Assembly: GCF_016433145.1 (NCBI RefSeq)
Contig: NC_058130.1
Span: 39,031,581-39,095,580 of the forward strand
From: Gracilinanus agilis
Lineage: Eukaryota
Length of the DNA: 64,000 nucleotides
Direction: 5' to 3'
In this document: positions 48,361 to 59,488 of the stretch, piece after piece
Position numbering within the stretch: position 1 is the stretch's first letter
How the letters are laid out: each line of letters opens with the position of its first letter
Translations under genes and position numbers: made by a program
Notes under the pieces: generated by a model
What the model saw: the letters and a program-made list of their open reading frames with translations, nothing else
The model's database searches: none
Told to the model about the DNA's origin: nothing

Positions 48361-48570
48361 AAAGAATGGGTTTATAGGATACAGGATCAAGGATCTAGAG
48401 TTGGAAGGGACCTTAGAGACCATATAATCCAACTCCTTCATTTTACAAATGAGGAAACTGAGGAACCGAGGTCCATGAAGTTTAAGTGATCTGCCTAAGG
48501 TCACAAAGATCATAAGTATCAAAGTCAGGATTCAAATCCAGCTTCTTTGATTCCAGAACCAGTGCATAGG
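48360..48570 (-). mobile_element. MIR3-like
   Basis: gatctagagttggaagggaccttagag...cattttacaaatgaggaaactgagg...ggattcaaatcc. Confidence 0.8.
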
Positions 48571-49179
48571 GAGAAAAAGGAAAAGGAAATGGCTTCTGTA
48601 CATTTGGAGACAAGTTTCAGACCCTGAGACATTGATAAATTCTTGTTCATTTGAGCTGTGGTACTCAGGATGGATTTGCATATTATCTTAAAAAAGTAAC
48701 CATTCCTCTCTCCTCTACCCCCCCCCCCTCAAATTTAGCTGCTCAAATCCTTAAGCCTTTTGAAGTAGTGACATTTAAAGCTGCATCCCTGGGACCACAG
48801 TGATCATTATTCTGTGTTACAAGAGCTACATGAAGACTACATGACCCATAGCAATAGGTGATCATGTGGTATAATGTTTTAAATCATAACATAAAGGATT
48901 TGAACCACAGTTCATGAGGGAAAGAGTCAAAAATTGGATTTAATCTTAGGTTACATTAAGAATGTAATAGTTGTGCCTGGGGTTGAGGGCAGATAGCATT
49001 GGGTGATTAGCAGACAAGATGGAGGGTTGGTTTAAATGGGCATGTTGGAATGTAGGGAGTCAGATTGATCAAATTGTGGCCCACTTGTGGGAGCTAGCTT
49101 CTTTTATCTTTGTGCCTGCTTCAGTGGGATGATGGTAGCTCCATAATTTATATCCAAGGTCAAGATACTCCCTTTGACC

Positions 49180-49790
49180 TGTCTTGTACTATGGAGATTG
49201 GGATGCAAAATAAATGTACACACTGGATGATGCTAGGCATGATAGCTTCAGGCATTTGAAGAATTGTCATGTGGAAGAGAGTGAACTTTTTCTGTTTAAT
49301 CCCAGAAGGCACAACCAGGAGCCATGGGTGGAATCACAAAGAGGGGAATGCACAGTAGATAATGGAGGATGGTGGTGGTTGTGAGACACTTCCTAACAAT
49401 TTGAGCTATCCAACATAGAAGGATTGCCTTGAGGGTCTGGTGGGTTGCCCCTCCTTTTTCAAACAGAAACTGTGACTATCTTTCTTGGATGTTTACTTAT
49501 AGATGGCTACAGAGATGTCCAACCCTTAAATTTTGTGATCAGTTGAAGGGAGAGGAAGAAGAAGAAAAAGAAGGAGAAAGGAGAGAAGAAGAGATTTACC
49601 TTATTCTGCTTGGCTACAGAGGGCAGAATTAAGAACAATGAGTGAAAGTTGCAGTGGTAGATTTAGGTTCAATGTCAGGAAGAACTTTGTATCTGTGAGA
49701 ACTACCTTATAGTCAGCTCTTGCTCACTGGTGCAACTGAAATAAAGCTGGATGACCATTTGCTAGGTGTGTGAGACACCTGACACACTTC
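49180..49790 (+). mobile_element. CR1/L3 3' fragments
   Basis: gaattgtcatgtggaagagag...ccagaaggcacaaccaggagccatgggtggaa...agatttaggttcaatgtcagg. Confidence 0.6.
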
Positions 49791-50084
49791 ACAATCTGAA
49801 TGCAATTCACTTTTGCACTCTTATTTATTATACTTTGTCCCCATGTGTACATTCTTGATGAGCCAAACTGGCTGTTAGTGTTCCACATCTACCATATTCC
49901 ATCTCCTCCCTTAGTCCTTTTGCTCTGGCCATTCCCTATGCCCAGAATACATTATCTCCTTATCTGTCTCCTTGAATACTTCGGCTTCCTTTAAGAATCA
50001 TTCCAGACACCACCTTCTATATAAAATCTCTTTTGATCCATCTGACTATTGGGGGAGAAGAGTGCCTTCTCCCCCAAATAACAG

Positions 50085-50410
50085 TTTGTTTTTTTGGGAT
50101 GAGGTGTCTCTGTGTTGCTCATACTGGAAATACATCATTTACTCATTAGTCTGACCCATAGCTAATTGTCGGGGAACCTTTGACCTACTCTCTTTCCATG
50201 GGCCAGTTTACTCCTCTCGCTCAGTCCAGTGAAGTGGATAGGATAGGAGGAGAGGAAAGGGCACCACATTGCTGTTCATTAGTGCAGACATCCAATCTAT
50301 TGGTTGATTGAGTGACTTTATCCCTGATATAGCTCAGAATTCCTGAACACAAGTGATTCATCAGCATCTCCTAGTAGCAGAGATTATAGGCTCACATCAT
50401 CACATCTGGT
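50085..50410 (-). pseudogene. RN7SL: decayed 7SL (SRP RNA)-derived retrocopy / 7SL-SINE with A-tail
   Basis: Minus strand matches 7SL end to end: gcctataatc..gctactagg (Alu 5'), gattggatgtctgcactaa, gtaaactggcccatggaaagagagtaggtcaaa (S domain), ttccagtatgagcaacacagagacacctcatccc-A7 (3'). Confidence 0.85.
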
Positions 50411-50449
50411 TCTTTTGTGTCTGTGAATATCCCTGCTATCTCCTCCTTC

Positions 50450-50658
50450 CAGTGATGGGCAAACTATGGCCTGCGGGCCAGATGTGGGGGGGGGGCCTGA
50501 AATGTTCTATCCAGCTGGGCAACATTATTCCTAATCTGACGAATACAATGAGTAGGATACAATACAATGAAACTTCGAAAGAGTTGCCTTAGAAGCAGGC
50601 TGACAGATGAGCATTTCCTTTCCTTTGGTCCCCTCTTTAAAAAGCTTGCCCATCACTG
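50450..50658. mobile_element. hAT (OposCharlie-type) non-autonomous MITE, 209 bp
   Basis: TIRs cagtgatgggcaaact / agcttgcccatcactg (15/16); right flank ttctagac; left TSD only partly retained. Confidence 0.92.
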
Positions 50659-52809
50659 TTCTAGACCATAATCTTCTCAAGATCCAGGACCATTGTTTTA
50701 TTTTAGCTTTGTATCTTCAGTACCTAGGACAGTGCCTGGCATTGAGTAGGGATGGAATGAAGACTTGTTGACCCATTTGTACTGGAGCAGCAATTCATGT
50801 CCATCTATGGTTTAGATGAGATAGCCTCTGAGTATCTTGCAACTCAGAAGTTATGTATTGCCATCAGCCTTATGAAATAAAAGATGGTACTAAAATTTCA
50901 CTTCCTTAGGAACTTCTCTCCTAATTGCTAGACAAGCAGATCATCAGAGCCGAGGTTCTTCTCTGGGCTACAGCAATGGTACCCAGAGCAATGTTAGTTC
51001 AGAAGTTTGAAGAGCCATAGTCTTATGCTAAAGAACAGAATCTTCAGAATGAATGGACTCCTTAGGGTACTGTAGAAAATATAGAAATGAAGGAATCTCA
51101 TTTTAAGCTCTATTTTTAATGTTTCAGTTGAGCCTACTAGAAAGAAACATAAAGAACAAACACATCTATGTGAAAAGCCTAGCCTTTAAGAGCATCACGA
51201 TTTTCATTCTTCTTGCCTCAAAGGCCTCATCAGGGAAGATGCAGATGGGAGATAAGCCATGATACTGGGAGAACTGATTCTGAGAAATAAATAAGTTTTG
51301 CTGTAAACCCTCATGCATTTGCCTTGGACCATTTTGGACAAGCAATTTTACAACTGAATCTTCAGCACGAGAAGCCGTGTATTCCATCTGGAAATACGAA
51401 ATCTGGATTTGGATGGTGTGGAAGAATTCCTCTATGCCTTTGTGATCAGAAAAATTATTTCTAGGACCAAGACACACATCTTGGGCCTTGTAGCATGATC
51501 CTCTGTCAGTTTTAAAGGCAAAGCAATCCAAATAGTATTTGGAATGAATTATCTTCCCAGGCCTGCGATCTACAGTGTAATACTATAATGCCATATAATG
51601 CTCAGTGGTTTGATGTGCTATATTTGATGACATGTATGACCATTTTGTGGCTTTCCCTCATTGAATGCACTGGGTGCAACCAAAAGCATAAATCTGCCAG
51701 CTGACAAAACATAAAATTTACATGCAAGATCTAATCTCTCCTGTCCTGACTCATAGAACAGGGTCACTAGTGGGTAGTAAATTAAGATTCAGCATAAAAG
51801 TTTTACCTGCAGGTTCTAAATCACTAGACCATGTCAGAATCATAGGACCGTCTTCTGTGAATAACTACAGTGTGGGTAATTGGCTCTTCTGCTGAGACAA
51901 ACCTGGAGGACTAGTTAATATTTGGATAAAGAAAGGTGCCCTCCAGCCCCCAAAGAGCTTGTAGGCTCCTTTCACCCTGTTCATGGTACTATCTCTTTCA
52001 ACCCTTATAGGGTTCTAAACATCCAAGATCTTAGAGAGAAATAGGAAACAGTCCAGGGGAGATCAAAAGCAACATGGGAGAGAGGAATGTATGCCAGATT
52101 TGGGAGTTAAAGATCTGGGTTCGAACTCCAACTCTGCAATACTGGTCAAAGGGCTTAACCTCTCTTCCTTAGTTTCTTCATCTATAAAATCCAGGGATCA
52201 GATGAAGTCCCTTCCAGGTCTAGTTTGATGATCCCAAGAATAATAGAAATGAGAATGATTTTCTCTGGTCATTCTGTGTATAATGGTGAGAAATAATTGG
52301 CTTATCAACAAATAACTCATGATTCAGAACTGAACAAGACCTTAGAAATCATCCAGTCCAATGCCTCCATTTAATAGGTGTGTTAACTAAATCCCATGGG
52401 AGCATGAATTTGGAGTTGGAAGAACCAAAGGGAACATCAAATTTAATATTCTCATTTAAAGATAGGAAACTGTGGTGCAGAGAGCATAAGTGGGTCAAAC
52501 AGGCTGCAAAGACCTGGTGCAGAATTTGAACCCACATCTTTTTGCTTTTAAGTCAAACACTATGCTGTCTCTCAGAAGAGAGGCACAAAATCACACAGCC
52601 TGATGCTATTGCTTAGGTTCTGTCCAAGGTCCTGGGGTGGTAGCTGTTAATTGCCCTGCCTATGGCTTCTCACTGCTGCCTCCCAGGCTCATGTGTGGAT
52701 ATTTGGTAATCATGATAGGTCATTCATATACCTTTGTTCCTGCCTCTGGTCCATACACCCTCCCTTTTCAGCCTCTCAGCCCTCCAGCCCCAGCACAGAG
52801 GCAGAAGAA

Positions 52810-53090
52810 AACTAGATGACAGCTAGGCAATACAACAGAGAGAGTGTTTAGCTTTCAGTCAGGAAGACCTGAATTAAAATCTGACCTCAGACACCTAATA
52901 GCTATGTAATCTTGGGCAAGTCACTTCACCTCTGTTTACCTTAATTTTCTCATCTGTAAAATGGCAATAACAATAACACCTACGTCCCAGAGTTGGAAGG
53001 ATCAAATGAGATGATAATTATGAAGTGCTTAGCAGAGTGCTTGACCCATAGTAGGCACTATATAAATGTTAGCTATTCTTCTTATCACTT
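52810..53090 (+). mobile_element. MIR
   Basis: cagtcaggaagacctgaattaaaatctgacctcagacac...ctcatctgtaaaatggc...atagtaggcactatataaatg. Confidence 0.85.
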
Positions 53091-53425
53091 CAATATTTTA
53101 CATTAGCCCTACCATCCCCCAGCAAAGCAGGAGTAGGAGGCAGGAAGGTAACACCATGGCATTTTTTTTTACGCCGGGATTAAAGAGTGCCAGAGAAATG
53201 CCTATGATTTTTTCATGCTTATGGTTGAACAGAAGAAGAGGACACCAGGAATCCCATCCTTGCATCTGGCTCATGTGTATCCCTTCACCCCCAGCACTGA
53301 GAGGAAGCACTTCTTATAGAACTCTTGGATAAAACACTTACTGGAGAGGTGCCAACTACTCTTCTCCCATCAACCCACCAGTGTCTCTAAGTCTCTGTCT
53401 CTATCCCTAACTTTCCCTCTCACTT

Positions 53426-53606
53426 TTTTTAAAACCTTTAACTTCTGTGTATTGGCTCATAGGTGGAAGAGTGGTAAGGGTGGGCAATGGGGGTCAAGTG
53501 ACTTGCCCAGGGTCACACAGCTGGGAAGTGGCTGAGGCCAGGTTTGAACCTAGGACCTCCTGTCTCTAGGCTTGACTCTCAGTCCACTGAGCTACCCAGC
53601 TGCCCC
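53426..53606 (-). mobile_element. SINE1_Mdo-type SINE (short-3' variant) with 16-bp TSD
   Basis: TSD actttccctctcactt at 53410-53425 and 53607-53622. Confidence 0.95.
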
Positions 53607-53904
53607 ACTTTCCCTCTCACTTGAAGAATATGTTTATCTTAAAACCATAGTGTTAGAGCTAAAAGTTTCCTTAGGAGCCCAGTCCAACTCCTTCATTTTA
53701 TAGTTGAGGAAACCGAGATATAGAGATTAAATAGTAAAGTTGCTCTTTAAGGTTTGATCCTTTCAGCAACCCTTCAATATATGGAATCTTCTTATCCCCA
53801 TTTTACAGATAGGGAAAATGGAATTGAAAGAAGTTGATTTGCCCAGGATCAATTAATAAACATTTGTAGAGGAATCTGAACTCAGATGTTGGTAATTCCT
53901 AGTC

Positions 53905-54115
53905 CCCTAACCACTGTACCACAGGGGTCAAATTTGAAGCCTCTATCTTAAGTGGTTTGCAAAACTCCAGAGGGCACCAGAACAAGATTGAAATGTAATT
54001 GGGAAATGTTTACTAAAATAACTAAAAAATATAGAACAGCATAGATAGTTGTAGTTTTCTCAGTCAATATGCAGCCAGAAAGGATGCTTCTATTTGGGTC
54101 TGACATTCCTATACT
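53905..54115. mobile_element. old hAT-Charlie-type MITE
   Basis: caggggtcaaa... ctatttgggtctgacattcct degenerate ends; internal gattgaaatgtaattgggaaatg. Confidence 0.55.
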
Positions 54116-54129
54116 ACACTTGCTGCCTA

Positions 54130-54190
54130 AGGGACAGGTTGTTTAAAAACCAGATTGTCCTGGGCAAACTGGGATATTTGGCCCACTTTA
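54130..54190. mobile_element. possible MER94/Blackjack-like hAT fragment
   Basis: aaaaaccagattgtcctgggcaaactgggata resembles that family's terminal motif. Confidence 0.35.
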
Positions 54191-55196
54191 GAGTGTTATG
54201 CACACAAAATGTCCTGCATTTAGTTTCATATTCCTGTATCTCATGCTGAATGAGCTGATGGTGAGAAAAAGGAAGCCAGATAAGGGCTCCTTTTGAAAGA
54301 AAATGTACCTATGATGGCTATAAAGGCCAGGAGACTTTGATTTCCTATGCCTGATGCCTGATGTACCATTGTCCCTCCCTTGAAGTTCTCATCAGGTCAT
54401 TCATAATTCTTTTCTTGTCACTAGGGTTCATACCTATGACTCATGATCATTTAAAGTCATCTTGTTATTTCACCTTAGAATTGTCCACTGCCCAGAGTGG
54501 GCACTGTGATTGATCAACCTTCTGAGTGTCAGAATATTTGCTGATGATTTTTCTTATTTAGTTTCTAACTGTGTTGTGGGTTTTTCCTTTTGTGATTGTG
54601 TTGGAATCTTGATGGCAAGATGGACTGTTTCCTGCTGAGTCCCAACTGTGTGAAAGCCAAGCAGGTGGTGCACCTGCTGGGAACCAGAAAGCTTAGCAGG
54701 AGAATGGATTAGATGCTATGTTTTAATTTGTAATGCTTTTTCTTCTTCAGAGCTGCTTAGGAAACTAAGCAACCGACCAGAAATCAAATGGCTTTTCCTG
54801 TGCCAGGAAATATCTAATTGCTTTTGATTTTAAAGGTCTATTGATATTAAATAAGTACATAATTATCAAATATTTTTTAAATTAAATTTTATTTTAGAAA
54901 GGTAGAGTAGTATAGTATAAAGAGAGCAAACTTCGAAGCCAAAGAGAGCCAAGTTCTGCCTCTGATACATGTGGAACATGTGACCTTAGGCAATTCATTT
55001 AACTTCTGTCTTAGAGAGTTCATTCCCTCAAAGTTTATAGAGCCAGAAAATAGAAAAAGATTTCAAAAGCTTGAAGTAAAGTTCATGGATAGTCACTATA
55101 TTTTGATTTATGAAGAGACCATAGTGGTACTCAAAGTATAGTCTTAATGTTTTGAACTTGGCATCAGAGGGAACAATATACTCCTTTGGGTATTAC

Positions 55197-55282
55197 CTGG
55201 GAAGTGTCTGAGGCCGGGTTTGAACCCAGGACCTCCTGTCTCTAGGCCTGACTCTCACTCCACTGAGCTACCCAGCTGCCCC
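55197..55282 (-). mobile_element. SINE1 5' (tRNA-like) head only
   Basis: ctgggaagtgtctgaggccgggtttgaacccagg...ctacccagctgcccc; 3' half absent. Confidence 0.85.
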
Positions 55283-55289
55283 TTATTAT

Positions 55290-56161
55290 TGTTCTTCTTG
55301 AAGAAACTCTCTTGCTGAGAATAACCAAGTTTTCATAGTTGGTCATAATTCAATATTGCTGTTACTATGCATAATGTGCTCCTGGGTACAACGTTCTGCT
55401 TATTTTGTTCTGCATCAATTCATGCAGATCTTTCCATATTTTTTTGAAATCATCTTACTTATCATTTCTTATAGCACAATGGTATTCCATCACCTACATG
55501 TACCACAATTTGTTTAATTATTTCCCAATTGATGGACATGCCCTCATTTTCTACTTCTTTGCCCCTACAAAGAGAGCTCCTATAAATATTTTTGTACAAG
55601 TAACTCCTTTCCCCTTTTTAATTATCTTTTTGGGATACAGATCCTAGTGGTATTACGGGATCAAAGAGTATACACAGTGTTAGAGCCCTTTGGGCATAGT
55701 TTCAAATTGTCTTCCAGAATGGTTTTATCAGTTCACAATTCCACCAACAATGCATTAGTGTCCCAATTTTTCCACATCCCTCCATTTATTACTTTCCTTT
55801 ACTGCCATATCGGTCAATATGATAGGTGTGAGGTGGTACCTCAGTATTTTAATTTTCATTTCTCTAATCAAGAGTAATTTAGAGGGGGCAGTTGGATAGC
55901 TCTGTGGATTGAGAGCCAGGCCTAGAGACAGGAAGCCCTAGGTTCAAATCTGACCTCAGACACTTCCCAGCTGTGTGACCCTGGGCAAGTCACTTGACCC
56001 CCATTGCCTACCCTTACCACTCTTTTACCTTGGAGCCAATATTGGCTCCAAGATGGAAGGTAAGGGTTTAAAAAAGAGTAATTTAGAATATTTTTTCATG
56101 TGATTATTGATAGCTTTGATTTCTTCATCTGAAAATTGCTTGTTCACATCCTTTGACCATT
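55290..56161 (-). mobile_element. L1 3' fragment (ORF2 end + 3' UTR) with nested SINE1
   Basis: tttcccaattgatggacatgccc, ttccagaatggtt, ggtgtgaggtggtacctcag reverse L1 motifs. Confidence 0.9.
55884..56073 (+). mobile_element. SINE1_Mdo-type SINE nested in L1, 14-bp TSD
   Basis: TSD aagagtaatttaga at 55870-55883 and 56074-56087. Confidence 0.96.
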
Positions 56162-56379
56162 TCATATAAGGCATTTAAATGAGGTCTTTGAAGGCAGGGG
56201 CTTTTTTTTTATCTTTGTAGCCTTAGCACCTAGGGCAATGCCTGGCACATAGTAGGGACTTGAGAAATATTCTTCTTCTCATGTTTCATAAAATTCTTTA
56301 TATTTGTCATCACATTCCATTACCTTTGAATACCAATATTTCCTAGAGACCTATTTCTTTTCCACTTCTTTCCTGCCAC

Positions 56380-56815
56380 AAAGTATGAATGTGGATTAAA
56401 AAAACCTTATCTTTATATTATTCCAATAACAAATTTACACATAGGTTTTCCAAAATCATATTGATTCATATTGTTTCCCTCCTCTCTTCCCTCCCCCTTG
56501 GATATTTAAAAAATACAGGATCTTGTGTGTGTGTTTGTATGTGTGTTTTTAATGTTCTTGGAGTATATGCCCAGAAACTGATCTCTGGGTCAAAATGTAC
56601 GAACAACTGAGCCATCTTTCCTGAATAATTCTGAATAGTTTTCCACAGCCGTAGGGCCACTTCTCAGCCCCACCAACAATATAATGTGTGCCTATCTTCA
56701 GGCAGCCTAAAAACATTGAGCATTTTTTTGCCAATATTTTGGGTGTGGGATGAAAACTCAGAGTTGTTTTAATTTGTATTTCTCTCATTAGTCATTTGAA
56801 ACAATCTTTCATGTG
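56380..56815 (-). mobile_element. older L1 ORF2 C-terminal fragment
   Basis: ORF 56549-56788 begins REIQIKTTLSFHPTP, matching L1 ORF2 C-terminal motif REMQIKTTLRYHLTP. Confidence 0.8.
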
Positions 56816-56819
56816 CCTG

Positions 56820-57010
56820 TCAGTAGTTAAGCCATTGTTATTCCTTAAGTTACTTTTCTGATCCTCAGTTTCCCTTCCTTAACATGAAGATAATAATACC
56901 TACTTCACAGAGTTGTTATGAGGATCAAGTGAGGTAACATATGCAAATTGCTTTAAAAGGTGTAAAATACTCTACAAATCCTAGCTATTATTATTATTAT
57001 TATTATTATT
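56820..57010 (+). mobile_element. MIR 3' half with (TAT)n tail
   Basis: cctcagtttccc...gaggatcaagtgagg...ctattattattatt. Confidence 0.8.
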
Positions 57011-57079
57011 GTTATTTTGTGGCCCTATTTTTAGTTTGATTAAAATTCTGTCTAAATCCTAACTATTATTATTATTATT

Positions 57080-57310
57080 ATCATTACTAGGAAGGAAATA
57101 GCATTTATTAGATACCTGGTATGCTAGGTACTTTACAAATATTATCTCATTTGATCATAAATATAACTTTGGGAAGTACTGTTAGTATCCCCATTTTATA
57201 GCTGAGGAAGCTGAGGCAAACAGAGGTTAAGTGATTGGTCCAGGGTCACACAGCTAATAAGTGTCTTAGGTCAGAATTGAATCTAAGACTTTAGCTGATC
57301 TCTAACTGCT
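57080..57310 (-). mobile_element. MIR/MAR-type CORE-SINE
   Basis: ccccattttatagctgaggaagctgaggcaaacagaggttaagtga. Confidence 0.8.
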
Positions 57311-57509
57311 TCATTATCTGGTCATTTCATTGGCATGGGCTTTATTCCACAGGTATAGAGAACAGCTAATTGGTGCCCTGTCAGCTTGTTCTACTCTTCT
57401 CTATGATCTCTGGTAAATCCTGAAAAAGAGAGCCTATCCAAGGTTCAGGAGGTCTAGTTTTTTTTAATTTCAGCCCAGGGAGTGCTTAGAATGTCCATCA
57501 CTTATTCCT

Positions 57510-57692
57510 TATACTTAAAAACCTCCTCAGAATTGATACTAAGAATTGGTTCCAAGGCAAAAGAGTGGTAAGGGCTAGATAATTGGGGTTAATTGTCTTG
57601 CCTAGAGTCACACAACTAGGAAGTATCTGAGGTCAGATTTGAACCTAGGACTGTCTCTAGGGCTAACTGTCTACTGAGCCACCTAGCTGCTT
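57510..57692 (-). mobile_element. SINE1-type SINE (diverged)
   Basis: ggttccaaggcaaaagagtggtaagggctag...gaacctaggac...ctgagccacctagctgc. Confidence 0.85.
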
Positions 57693-58239
57693 CTCTCTTA
57701 TATTTTTGACATGAGAATGGCCTCATCTTTCTAATTGTACATTTGCTTGATGATTTAATTTATTTTATGCCAATTCTCAAGCACAAGCCACAACTAGTAA
57801 CATATTGCAATCTATTTTTACTCACGTTCATACTCTCTACTGCCTTTTCTGACTCCCACAATGTTGATTCTTCTTGGATAGTAGTTGCTTAACAAATGTT
57901 TGTTGAATTGGATGGAAAGTGCTAAACACTTTTTTATGAATACAAGCCAGCAAACAACCCTATTCAATTCTAAGCTGAAATGATTGTCCATCTGCAGTGT
58001 TTATCCAAGATAGATGGACTAGTTCCATGAGCTACCTATGCCTATTATGATTGGGAATTAGGATTCTTCATCTACTTAGCTTGTTCTATTTGTATTAACA
58101 GTCTTGTTTGAGAGGCCTCAGATGTTATTGAGAAGGAATTAGAATAGTCAGAATCACAAAAATCAGAAAATCACAGAGACGTGGAGTTGGAATGAACTCT
58201 AGAGGTTTTATAAGCTAACCTATACATGAATAAGGGTAT

Positions 58240-58421
58240 AGAGAAATAGAGCCCTAACCCTGGAGTCAGGAAGAATTAAATTAAAATATGACCATAGACA
58301 TATTCTAATTGGGTGACCCTGGGCAAGTCACTTAACCCTGTTTACCTCAGTTTCCTCATCTGTAAATCAGCTGGAGAAGGAAATGTCAAACTCTAGTATC
58401 TGTCAAGAAAACTTTAAATGG
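58240..58421 (+). mobile_element. MAR1 SINE 5' part; remainder at about 59489-59540
   Basis: cagctggagaaggaaatg...gtcaagaaaac | L1 | ...gtgggatcacaaagaatgggacatgactgaaaaac. Confidence 0.85.
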
Positions 58422-59488
58422 TGGAATTATGCCCAAAGGGCTTTAAAAGACTACCTGCCTTTTGATCCAGCCACACCACTGCTGGGTTTATACCCCAAAG
58501 AGATAATAAGGAAAAAGACATGTACAAAATATTTATAGCCTTGCTCTTTGTGGTGGCAAAAAATTGGAAAATGAAGGGATGCCCTTTGATTGGGGAATGA
58601 CTGAACAAGTTGTGGTATCTGTTGGTGATGGAATATTATTGTGCTAAAAGGAATGATGAACTGGAGGAATTCCATGTGAACTAGAACGACCTGCAGGAAT
58701 TGATACAGAGAGAAAGGAGCAGAACCAGGAGAACCTTATACACAGAGACTGATACACTGTGGCAAAATCAAATATAATGGACTTCTCTACTAGCAGCAAT
58801 ACAATGATACAGGACAATCTTGAGGAACTTATGAGAAAGAATGATATCCACATCCAAAGAAAGAACTGTGGGAGTAGAAACACAGAAGAAAAACATTTGC
58901 TTGATCACATGATTGGGCATGTAGCCCCTAAACCAGTGATGGTAAACCTATGACACATGTGTCAGCACTGACATGCATAGCCATTTTTGATGACACATGG
59001 CCTCAGGAAGCCGCATACAGAGATGTAATGGGGCTACATGCAAAGGAGGAACCATTTGCCAAAGTGTAGTGTAGACACTCTGTGCACTATAGATGACAAT
59101 TCTCCCTATATTAATTTACCTATTTTGGTTTATTAAATGCAGTTATATGTTACAGTTATATATTTTTGTTATTGAAACTATAAATATAGTGAAATTATAG
59201 ATTTTTTTCTCGAAGTGACACCACCTGAGTTATGCTCATTTTTTTTGGCAGATTTTAACACACCAAGCTCAAAAGGTTGCCCATCACTGCCCTAAACGAT
59301 AACTCTTTTGCAAACATTTATAATATGGGAATAGGTGTTGATCAACAATACATGTAAAACCCAGTGGAATTGCTTGTTGGCTACTGGAGGGTGGAAGAAG
59401 CAGGGGAGGGAAAGAACATGAATCATGTAACCAAGGGAAACTATTCTAAATTAATTAATTAAAATTAAATTAAATTAAAAAAATAAAA
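58422..59488 (+). mobile_element. 5'-truncated L1 (ORF2 end + 3' UTR + AT-rich tail) inserted in MAR1
   Basis: gaattatgcccaaagggc...ccccaaagagataat...aacccagtggaattgcttg; degenerate TSD aagaaaactttaaatgg (58405-58421) / aaggaaaccttaagtgg (59489-59505). Confidence 0.92.
58934..59289. mobile_element. hAT non-autonomous element, 356 bp, nested in L1 3' UTR
   Basis: TIRs cagtgatggtaaacct / aggttgcccatcactg (14/16); perfect 8-bp TSD ccctaaac at 58926-58933 and 59290-59297. Confidence 0.94.

Larger units (their letters stand above)
49795..50775 (+). mobile_element. L2 3' fragment interrupted by a 7SL retrocopy and a hAT MITE
   Basis: gccaaactggc...cccagaatac...; resumes ctagaccataatc...acagtgcctggcattgagtagg. 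Confidence 0.7.

Noticed and set aside
50049-50077. 12-bp hairpin ttgggggagaag-agtgc-cttctcccccaa
   Set aside because: It is real but short, G/C-run driven and inside an L2, so it is plausibly chance or local slippage.
50085-50410. Functional 7SL gene
   Set aside because: Heavy CpG decay, a replaced S-domain segment and an A-tail indicate a retrocopy.
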